Part shown: positions 39,101-50,400 of the stretch, one piece after another | Layout: the number at the start of each line of letters is the position of its first letter | Position numbering within the stretch: the first letter of the stretch is position 1 | Source: Balanoglossus misakiensis | Taxonomy: Eukaryota; Animalia; Hemichordata | Assembly: GCA_040954595.2 (NCBI GenBank) | Contig: CM082583.2 | Span: 9,472,254 to 9,536,253 of the forward strand | Direction of reading: 5' to 3' | Length of the DNA: 64,000 bases | The notes under the pieces: model-generated | Databases searched by the model: none | The model's input: only the letters and a program-made list of their open reading frames with translations | Told to the model about the DNA's origin: nothing | Translations under genes and position numbers: made by a program

Positions 39101-41043
39101 ATTGACTGATGCACCCTTATGACACATAGTGGGGGTCTGTTCTGGAACAGTCAGATCCAGTTTTTGTAGACCTGGTATAAGAATTATTGCAATAAAGTGC
39201 ATTCATGTGCACAAGATACATGTTCAACACATTTGTTCTGTGATTTGAATATAGAATTTGCGTTTAATGCAAAGTAGATGATTTGTCATGATATGACAAA
39301 CTCTTCTCTCTGATAATCTGTGTCTGAGTGCAAGAATTAGCATGAACCCAGGCAGGAATGTGCATATAAACTGCTGTTTTATCACTTCAGAGTGGCTTGG
39401 GATGAGAAACAGCTCGCAAAAAGGTGCTGGTCGTTTAATGACTGTCTTTCCTTCCAGTGCTGAAGGCACGTTAATGGTGTCATTTCTGCATATGAATGCA
39501 TCAATATCTCCCTGTAATTACCAGCACCTGAATTCCGATTGTACTGGTACAGGCTTGTGCAATTACATCCCTATTTTGATCTGACCGGAGAGTATTATCC
39601 GAAACCCAGAGTGTACAGGGATAATTTCGGTAATAGCATCTCGGTCACTCTCCATTGGCTGAGGAGGACTTGGAGCGACTTTCAAAGAGGTCTCACTTCG
39701 CTGGCCTGACCCTTGTGGTGATTTGTTAGGCAAGACAAATTAGGACAGCTAACTGTCCGTGGTGGAGGCCCTCTGAATAGGTGGGCTGGCAGATGTTTTT
39801 AGGCTCTCCTGAGACGCTAGTCTATTTAAGGGGCTTTTAACGCAATGGTATTGATCTGTCCATCAGGGATGAATTGGTGAACTTGTCTCTATGATGTGCA
39901 TATGTGGTCTGGCAAGTACTTTGCCTTTATCACACGCAGCCGTCTGCATTCATCAAGGATGTGCAGGGAAATTGAAAAAAAAATGATGAAAATTAGACTG
40001 CAATAGAAAGGAAATGGATTTTAGAAAGCTGTTCATGAACACACAGTGACGGTTTTCACAGAAAGACCTGTTTTCTTTCAAATTGTCTGATTAGCTCATC
40101 TTCTGGCATGTCAGAGTTGTCACCATTGAAAATAGGATCATTTGAGAGTTGACTTGTCTTTAAAAAAAGTCTTAGATTACTGTCCGATCTTCTTTAACTT
40201 GGTCAGTACAATATTACATTGCAGTGTCACTGAGTTTGTAGTGGTGTGATAAAAAGAGGACAAGTTTTGTTTTGTTGGTCGTCAAAAAACCCTGAGAGAT
40301 TGATGATGGTAAAAAAACAGGCTTGAATAATGGATCGAAGATGTATGATAGTATTTACAATCTGAAATACCATGTTGCTGCCTGAGAGAGAGAAGGTGAA
40401 ACCCCAAGGCGTATCTGCTGAGACAGTAGCAGCATTGTATTCTGATAAATTATGGATTTGTCCGGTGTCTGTGATTGTGTGTTCCACATTGCAGTGAAAT
40501 ATTGTCATAACTCTTTGATATATATGACGCAGTATGGATGTTCAAGTATTTAAGTACAAATATCGGTACATCTGTTTAAAATGTTATTTATTTGATTTCG
40601 TTACATAAAAATTGCATTAGGAAATTACTTGGGGAGAACTGCCCAACGGTGGATAGATGCATCCGGACCTCGAAGTCATTGAACTATTCTTATGTGTATT
40701 ACTACTAGTAATTTCATGCAGAGTGCGTCATGGATAATGCAAATGGTACCCACTAGCAATACGCTCATACATCTGTTGTTGGTATAAAAGTTATATGCTG
40801 GTGTTATCAGCATCTATCACGGCCTGTGATTCTCTGCTTGAGATTGTCTTGGCAGAGTACCAACACTGACTTTATCTATTGGGAATTCCTGGTGCAGGAC
40901 GCCGGGGTCAAGACGGACAGATGCATTCGAAGAATGAGCTTCTGTGTCGCTGGGCTTTGTAGACTTTAATCCAGAGTGACCCCCCGGCTTGACCGGAGAA
41001 AAGAAGGCCGCAGCGAGGTCAGAGGCTGTGGAGGCTTTCACAC

Positions 41044-41057
41044 GTTGCCATGGCAAC
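41044..41057. promoter_or_regulatory. Perfect palindromic RFX X-box GTTGCCATGGCAAC within an intronic CpG-retaining patch
   Basis: Exact match to the canonical RFX site; about 26 CpG in 40890-41320. Confidence 0.55.
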
Positions 41058-42893
41058 TGCATGTCTTCCCATCTTAGCCACTTTCGGAGTGTGGGGGAAT
41101 TATACATAACATACACGCACGCACACACTGTGTGGTAGTAGCGAAAACACTGAATGGTGTGCTGTCTGTACGGTATTGCTGTCGTGTTAGCGTCGAAGTC
41201 AGTGCCGGCAGACACGCAACTTGATGCATGCCAAAAACAATGACGCAGTTGCTTTCTCTGCCGCGGTGTGGTCAGATCAAATCATGGTTCCTTGCCGCGA
41301 CCAGGGTAACGCAAAAACTAATAACTGTCTCTCCAGGAGGAACCACAGACCTTTAATACTCACTTCACCCTGAAATGACCTTCAGGTTCTGAGAAGTGAG
41401 ACCCCTAGTGTTGATTCAGAGAAAAAGTCCCGGATGCTGAGCCTCGATCCTGTTCTTGATTGAAAGTTTTATTCTTTTTCATAAAACAAACACTACCAGT
41501 ACTTAAGTTCAGATCTTTGTGTAAATACAAGCTACCGGAATACATCCAAACAATCAAACACGAGTCGACCACATGTAACCACAATGGATATGTAACCGAA
41601 ACTGATTGTGACTGAAACTGTGTTTGTTTCTGATCAAATCAAAGCTTGGCGTATCATAAGTCAACATCCAAAAATGTTTGTCATTGTCAACTTTTGGAAA
41701 ATAGCTATCAAATTTGTGCATTGGTGTGATGATTGCATGGGGCAAGAAGTGTTTGAAATGAGAGACTGTAAGGTCTATGGACAGCGTGTTTTTGCTTGAA
41801 GTAAATATGTTTACCCTTGCAAGGGATCATGTTAAAAATATGACGTTTTGAATCTATTTTGTACAGAGAGATGATGACAGTCACAGCTTGGGATTACAAG
41901 GAAGTTGTGCATTGTTGTTTCCGTGATGGGTTGATCAGTTGAGATTACTAACATCGGGAAGAGAGGGGGAAGAAATGGGAAAAATCAGCTGGGAGTCGTT
42001 TCATGGTGTCATAATAGGATTATGAGTGACATGTTGTGCTGTGTTTGTGTTTGTTTAAAATCTTAAACGTACATTGAACCACCAACTTAGTCACGTCTAC
42101 ATGAAATTAAGCCGTGTTCGAACCACAGGCGGTGGTTTACACTTGTAACTATATTGATAGTCGTTGTCTTGAATTGAACATGATGATTTCTGACAAAGTG
42201 GTTGAAATATCATCAACTTTATGGTTTTATGTGTAATGTGTATTTGCGATGTAAGTATTGGGGAATTTTCAACTTCTGTTGGAATTTACTGCACGTTAAA
42301 AGTTATAGCGCACAAGGTCCCAGGTTACGTTTCCTGTACGGAACTGCGGTTCAGGGTTTTTCCCACAAGTCCGGGATCAATTTTCCAGTGTTCCTCTGCG
42401 GACAGCACAGATCTCATTTCCATGGACGTCACAGGTTGGACTTCTACATGTAATACGTTTGAATGTAATGTGTTGATTGCAAACCAACTGGTATGGTCAT
42501 CGCTTTCTGCTGGTTGGGTCATTCTGTGGAAACCCACGCTGCGCCACCAATCAGTGTTGATTTCATTATTTGTTGAAACAAGACATTCCCCTCAAAGTTG
42601 TCAGTGTACTCCGGGCGAGAATGTTCTCAGCTGTGTTGCTGTATGTGGCTGTTACATTGAGAAACAAACTTTTGTAGCAATTGACTATCACTGGTAAAAG
42701 CAGGTACAAGAACCTACATGTATGTGTACCTTGTACAGGTATACTTCTGTAATGAAACTAATGACTCATATAGTCACATTGTAACTTAAGGAAGTATTCA
42801 GAAATATGTTTTCAAAACTAATAACATTTCTTTCTGTTTTGAGTAGAGCGTGTTTTTCTTATTTTGGATGTTTGTTTGTTTGTCTTCTTGCAG

Positions 42894-43050
42894 GTTATAA
42901 AACGTGGTAGTATGGTCAAGTTCGTTTTGTGACAAAGAGAATCCTGTGTAGTTTGCAGTGTCTCTCTGATGTGGTGGTTGTTCTCTGAAGTTTTCTGAAG
43001 ATTTTATTGTATTTCTTGTGCAAGATTTTATGATTATTACAGATTTTAAG
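42894..43050 (+). other. Candidate non-coding 5'-UTR exon of the semaphorin gene
   Basis: Strong acceptor tttgtttgtttgtcttcttgcAG|G and near-consensus donor AAG|GTGAGT at 43051; 157 nt; no transcript evidence. Confidence 0.4.
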
Positions 43051-46000
43051 GTGAGTTATTCTGATTACCAGAGTGGTGTGTCTGTTGCATGGGAGAGAGG
43101 ATGGGAGAGGGGGGGGGGGGGAGGAAGAGAGAAAGGGAGAGAGAAGGACAGACAGATAGACATTCACCATTTCGCATCCTAGTATATTGGAAAGATTGTA
43201 TCGAATAATCATTCAACAGTATAGGGTTGTGAAGTGATATCTGAGAGTTTGAAGGTTAGGAAAATTTGACAGACCTTGAAACAGGTTTCGAAAGAAAACA
43301 CATCAGAGGCCAAAGATGTGAAATTGTATGCCGTAACATTTGAGTACTGCTGTTGAAATGTTTGTTCTCCCGCGGTGGCATAAAATGCTGAAGGCGGTTT
43401 GTAGTTTCCAATATAATATAAGAGGTGGAATATCTTTGTTTTCCGAAATGTTCTGTCCTTCTCTCGCTTCCTGTAAGTAAAGGTTTGAGTCACAAAGTAT
43501 TTTGTTATTCTTTTATCTCAACTTTCCATGCAGTATTCAAAATAATATTTTGATACTGTTAAGTACTACTGGTAGTATAGTCTTCGCCCTTGTCTTTAAA
43601 TAATCTGTATCAGGTATGAATGGATAGGCTGCATTTATTTTATGTGGTTTTAGGATTGGTGTGAGAATACGAAAATGGTCTGCCATCGAATCTATGTCGT
43701 GTTTAGAGTATATGTAGACCCCCCAATGTGGTGCCAAGTAAAAAGGACCCCCTAGGGAGTAAATATAAGTGATACAGGGCAAAAGCCACCAATCAGAATA
43801 AACCGCAAAAGTACGAACTTAGTGAGCAGTACGTTTAAGGAGTGACATGTCATAAGTTCAATAGAGGAACATCGGTTGGGTGTAGCCTTTTTAAAGTGAG
43901 CAAGAGTTGGATTTTATAAACGGAACTTTTTGAACGAGTGTATCTCCACCACATGTAGGTAGGTAATGCGTGCGTGTTGTATAAAGTTTGAATTTTTCAG
44001 TTGAATGGGGAGGTCACGTCATCTGCTGTAGTGATGTGAAGAGAACAGTTTAGTGGTTGTGTCCATAGGGCTGGGCTTTTACTTTCTTCTGTCTGTTTGT
44101 TGAATTCTGCCATATTTACAACATGAGTTTACAGTGCGTGAGAACAGAACAAGGGTTTGTGTGTGTTGTGTGGTGGCACGTTCTGCTTTGATTGTGACGT
44201 TTATTGTGACGCAAAACTTTAGACTGTGATCAGGTCAGTGACCTCGTGACCCCCCACTCAATTGTTGTTTCTCTTATCACAATTTATTACGGCTTGAATT
44301 ATGATGGACATTTATTAATTTATGGAGCTTTATCATTTGCTTTTTTCCCAAACAATTGAGATCATCACCTTTTGAATTTTGCAGGGTTCTCCTATAAAGT
44401 GTCCATTTTCAGCTAAGATCTTTGTTGTTCTGGGATTTATTCAATAGATTGAAATGGATAAAAGTTATGTGGGTGGTGTATTTTTTGTAGTGGGCTGTTT
44501 TCAAATGTTTGCAGTGGTTGTTTCTAAAATTTCATTTTGTATGTAGCATGAGAAGTTTAAACACCATCACCCCCAATAGCCGTTGCTAGTCCACTGTTTA
44601 TAATTTTTTCTTGCTGTGTCAAATCGATTGTTTGCATCAAATGAACAATGTCATGAGATCACTATTTGAAATTTGAGATTTCTGACTGTATAAAATGGCT
44701 GCAGATGCTTTGGATGAAATGTCTGCAACCATGGGAACCTGTGCAGATGCATTGTGGGATGTATCAGACTTGTTGGACCCCCCATATGTTGCTGCGCTAC
44801 AGGTGGTGCATGTTCTGTAAAGCTCTTAGCCTCTGAGGATTCCGAGGTACCTTTGAGAAAAAAAGAACAGACCTGTGTAGGCATGAAATTGTTTTTCATC
44901 AATCGTCTCTCCATTGAGAACCAGCAACCTGGAAAATCTTGGCCCCGAGGATGCTAACTGGAGATTATAATGTTGTGCACTTTTCAAAAGGAAAGATACG
45001 CAGTAAAGCTAATGGTTTGCTCTGTGAGAGTGAGTTGAGAGATGGCTGCCTTTTCAATAGTTTTTTTCCAGGGGGTAGGGGGTTTAGCATTTCTGGGATT
45101 ACTTCCAGCTAATGAATCTGTCTGATGGAAGATGATTGGTGGAAAGTAATGCAGATGACCTGAAAGTAGTTGACCTGAAAGGTCAATGATATGCGTGGAG
45201 TATTTCAGTGTTCATTCATTGTTTGTTGTGTTGACTGTTAACAGTTCCTTGAGCATTTTTTCGGTTCGTCTATAAAGCTGGCGTAGTAGACCGTGTATTT
45301 TGTGTAACATGGGAGAGTGCTGTGGGTATGACTTAAGTTGCTGGTTGATTTTCTCATAGCAACGAACAGGTTGCTGTGAATAGTTGCGCCTATACTACAG
45401 CAAAATAAAAGACCGAAGTAGCACACCTAATGGCAATGCTTCCTTGCCCACACCTGTTTATCTCCTTCTTCACTGTTTGATTTGGTTCTTGAAATGAGAC
45501 ATGGGGGCACCTGCAGGGCATGTTGCCAACCAGTGGGTGCAGCGGTTAATTTGACGTTATCAGAATCAAGATGGATGGACAGTTTTGAAATATGATTCTT
45601 ATCAGGAAATTTGTGTTTGATGAGCCAACATTGGCGTGCCAGCATCTATGAATGGCGGCATAAATCTCCGCATCTATGAAGGGCTGCGTAAAAAGCCTTG
45701 CATGTGTTGGCAGGGCATGGCCGGCTTGTTTGCCAAGTGGAAATTTGTTGGCAGGTACACCGAATGTACCAGGAGGTTTCAAGGCCTCAGCCTGACGTCT
45801 TATGTACAGTTCCACGCCAATCCCCAGTTTGATGTACAACTTCCTGGTCATGCAGTGCATTTGAATGCCGGGAAAGGTGGCAAGGAATTTGCTGTGACAC
45901 TGTGGAGATTTTTTTTTTTTAACTTTTCAGGCCTTTGGCTCGGCTAGTTTCAGTCCGGTATTCATTTCAAATGGTGCAGAAACTCTGAGGCCCTTGGTGT

Positions 46001-47382
46001 GTACTGAGTCAGTGACCTGAAGCAGTTGGGCTTTGAGGCGCCCGGAGTGCTTGTTTTGGCTGCAGACTCGTGTTTTCGGTGGCTGAGTGATGTTCTTGGT
46101 GTTGTTGTTCCCATCGACGTTTACGAAAAGAATCCAAGAATGTCTGTTACTATTATTAAGAAAGGACGTTGCACTTGTCCACGTGGACTTCGGTTTCAGG
46201 GTCTCCTCTTAAGATATTTGCTGGTATTTGTTCAAGAAGTGATCAGATTGTACTGACAATCCCATCATGCAGTGTGAGATACAGTGCTGTGACGTGAAGA
46301 ATGAACAGGCTGAACAACAACACATTTCTTTTGGGCCCCAGACACGTCACATCATGTTCTTTTTGTCAAGTTTCAACACATGCATCCACACACCGCTAAA
46401 ATAGATTTACATTGTTGGTCAACATGTGCAAATGTCACCTCTGTATCAGTCAACTGCTAGAATAAATTCTGTGTTCAGTCGTCTTAGAATCTCTTTGATT
46501 CTTCTACCTTCTTCTTCTTTGAGGGATGATGGAATTGACACTTGTTCTGTAAATAGAGACTAAACGGATCTGTCAATCAACACGAACCAAATCAGCACAC
46601 ATCTTGGTTAAATATTGACGTAGTGTGTTTAATGTTCAGGGGAGAAAGAACGCTTGTGTCGCGGTGTTTGTCCTGTGCCTGTTCAACAGTGCCATATTGT
46701 CGTGAGAAGTTTGGACTGGAGCTGTGTCCGAGTGAGTGATACCCTGACTTTGGTGTATCCACCATGTCCAACAACAACTTCTCATTAGCTGTGGAGGTTC
46801 CCTGTATAGAAAAGTGTAGGCTGTTTTAGGCAGTTTGCTGTTTTAGCTTAGATAATCCTCGGATTTTGTTGTTTAAATCATGTTCAAACAGTTGTGTTCA
46901 TCATATTATGGTGAAAGAACAGAATACTGGTGGGAGTTAGTCGTTTTGTTGGTGTGATAAATTGAACTAGGGTTTAATACCTGGGACATCCTGTACACAA
47001 AAGTACCTCCATGAGGGATTGTACAATATGTAATCTGAATGAAACAGGTGAATCCTAACACTGCAGGTACGCGTGGAAAGCCATTTCATTCTGAAAACAA
47101 ATATCAGTTACATGCAAATCAGCTTTTGTTTGCTGTTTAGCTTTGACGTCACCAGAGCCTTTCTGACATCATCAGTCTTTGACATCGGCTCGAGTCATAT
47201 TCAAGTTTTCAATGCTCGGTCTCTAGGGACCTGAGACAAACAGAGCGGCCATTGGAGATCTTTTCATTCGTTGCTCACCGAGTGCAACATTGCAGCGCAG
47301 ACACAATAGTTCGCGGGGCACTCATACACATGACCCGTGGTTTGGTCTGTAATAGTAGTGGGGTTCACATCAGGCAGTGTAT

Positions 47383-47420
47383 ATCGGCCCATAGACCCTC
47401 TCTAGGGTCTATGATCGGCC
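47383..47420. mobile_element. Probable P-element/THAP9-superfamily excision footprint: 24-bp TIR remnant between 7-bp direct repeats
   Basis: atcggcc | CATAGACCCT ctct AGGGTCTATG | atcggcc: perfect 10-bp inverted termini starting CATAG and a perfect 7-bp flanking duplication. Confidence 0.65.
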
Positions 47421-50400
47421 CTAGCTGTGTACATGTAGGTTGTATGTCAGCTCAAGAAAACTTACGTTGACATGCTATGTTGGAATGGGACCAGGGCCAG
47501 AGTATTTTGGTCTGGGTATGTGCATCAAGCTTATAGGCCTGGTCTACAATGCCCAAAATAGCTAGAGTCGGCATATAAAGGTAGTAGATTGCATCTGTAA
47601 TGTGAACGTCACTAATAACCTACTCAGGACAAACGAGATGAAACCCTAGGAAACCTCATAATTCGTGCAGCCGAGAGGTTCGGCCCAAATTGTAATGTTC
47701 CACTGAACTCTAGACGGTGATTGACAACAGGGCTTTTCTTTTAATCCCCCAAGATCCCATGGTTGGCTTAAATGTTGCAATTCATTTAAAAAGCCTCAGA
47801 CAGAGTAAACATTAATTTTGTAAACCTCAAGAAGAACAATCTCTTTTTGCACACCATCTAGGGCTGTTCTGCTAGTCTTTGTAAACTGATGGAGTATACT
47901 ACGGCAAGAAAGACTACGCTGACCTCACGTCTTATACCGCACTAAATGGGGCCTACTAATCCTCTTAGCGAGACAGATCTGGAAGAGAGAGACCTGATGA
48001 CCTTAACCTTGACCTGTGCACCAAACGACCCCTGATAATTACCCCCTCCTCCACCCCAAGAAAAGGCATTCATTTGTGACTTTATTGTGATCAAATTTTG
48101 GTGCAGAAACGTTTAACTGCATAACCTTGCCAGTTATGCTGTTATTGTCATTGGCAGACAAAACAAAGTTGGTTGAACCCCGGTTTTTGGATGAGTGGTG
48201 GGCAACGCAGCGACAACCCGGTAGCCATGTTTGCAGTTTTCTCCTTGAGCTCTAAGCAGTCTCTGGTCTTTGTGGTATAGAACCGTAAATCATTTCCTAG
48301 ATGAGCCAAGTGATAGTTAAGTGTCACTGATCTGGTACCCTGGCTTGGCAATGTTAAAATGTGGGTGTTTGCTCAAGATTTATGTTCTCATTTAGTTTTA
48401 CATGCATACAGTAAAAGTTGTTCGTCGGACATTTGCATGCAGCTACATTGCAATGCAGATGCCAAGACAATATAATATCATGCGCCCCAAGAAATTATAA
48501 GCACCATTGTTCTCATGGAGAATCAAAAACTTGAAGGACTTCGCCTTCAGCAAGTGGGAGTTGTTCTTGACCTTGCAATCACTTTGTCTACTATACTTTA
48601 ATCCTATAGTGTCCCTGTTAACATGGTTTGGCCTATTTTAAGAGAAATAGGGGTGTAAGCTTCATGTCCGGCATGGCCAAAGTAAAGTTGGTGAGGTAGG
48701 GACTAATTACATCGATGAGCGTTGCGCATGCAGTTTTATTAAATCTAATGAAAAGGAACTAGATGAGAGAAGGATGCAATTTCATTGAGACGTATATATG
48801 ATACTGCAACTTTCCCGGCTTGCAGTGATGCGGCAGTTTTGGTTTTGGTTCAGGTTTTGTGTACAAGTATCCTCCACTTCAGAGAATTAGTGGTGTTGTC
48901 TGGACTCGTGCCAATATCGGCACGCAACACTGTCAACATTTCTTGTTACAACCGGTTGTAGCTTTCCAGTTGTTCTTGGCACGGACTGATCTCATCGACG
49001 TTCGATTTAGCTAGGACCCTTACTATGCTTCAAATGGAATGATCTGTACCAGATCTGGGATGAGAATTGGTAAAGCCCCCCTGGGCAGTGATGGTTGCAT
49101 GTCATGGTCGGCTGGTGCAACAAGTGGTACATAGGCAGTTCCACACCACCAACAATGGCAGTGGCACCTTTTATGTGGACTTTAAACTGCTGTGAAACAA
49201 TAACAAAATTACTACCAAATCTGATTGAGGGTGTTGTACACCTGTAATAAAAACAGGTAATTGATTTCATGTGATTTACACAATCAGTATTGTGTCAGTT
49301 CTCAACTGTTGACAGCTATAATAGTTCTCTTCCATTAAATTTACATTGTTTTGTTGATTTTTATTTCACAGCTTAATGGGGTGTTACAAATTCGACAATC
49401 CTGAATTTATTCATCTGTTTCCGTGGTTTCTGTTGACAAGGTTAGGTACATGGTCGACAGAGTTGCTGGAAGTGTCCTGATTAGAAAAGTCTTTGTGCTT
49501 GTGATAAAAATAGAAAAAGAAGATCATTGTTTTAAACCCAGGAAAGGGAAACGTGAGACAATAGCAATCATGTGACTTAAAAAGTTCACTACCTGACTTC
49601 TAAGTATGTTACAAAAATTTTCATTGAAATGGGCAGTTGGAGAAACAGGAAGTCACGGTTTCTGAACTTGTAAAATACCATGACTTGTGTATCGTACCTG
49701 TAGCTTTGGCTGTGTTGGCTGTAAACATGTGTGCTGTAAAGGAACTTTTGTAATTAGCTGAACATACTGAGAAGTGATGAAAGATTTGTCAAGATGGCGA
49801 GACTTTCCAAATTAGGTCTGAATCAATCAATCAGGTTTAAGCGTTTGGTGGTTTATTGTGATGTGGTGGTGTTTTGTCCAGTCTCCTTGGTTGGTGCCTT
49901 TCACACGGCATTCATGTGCTACAGACAGTTCAACTTCAAGGCGGGAAAGCGGTGAAAAATTACCCATTGTTGGGGCGGGGAGTGGGACTGAACAAGCTAA
50001 ATGGTGTTTGTTGTGTGCTATGTATAGAAATCCCATTCACAGCCTCTTCAAATCACGATGCAGCTTGGCGACGGAGCTTTGTAGAGATCTCTGTAGTGGT
50101 TCTAGGAGGAGGGCTGTGATTGGCTGATGCAGTCCGAACTATAATACAAGCATTCGACATGTCTGAAGTACGTTTGTAAAAAAATGTCTTCACCTAGATT
50201 TCATGCTTGTGTCTGGTACAGTTAGAATGACCACTTGTTTAAACAAGTCTTGCAGTCGGTCGATAAAACTGGTATATAGTTTGCAGGGGGTGACCTGATT
50301 TTCTGACATCTTCTTGGGGAGCAATAAAACAAAACAGTTATGTTTGACAAATATCTTTTCAGTGTTGCTATTATGTCTATCTGGCTCTGTGCCATGGATT

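Noticed and set aside
42221-42697. 158-aa + strand ORF
   Set aside because: No domain motifs; consistent with a chance ORF in TG-rich intron.
48430-48462. Resemblance to antisense miR-33
   Set aside because: Needs a gap and a seed mismatch; explained by local TGCA low complexity.
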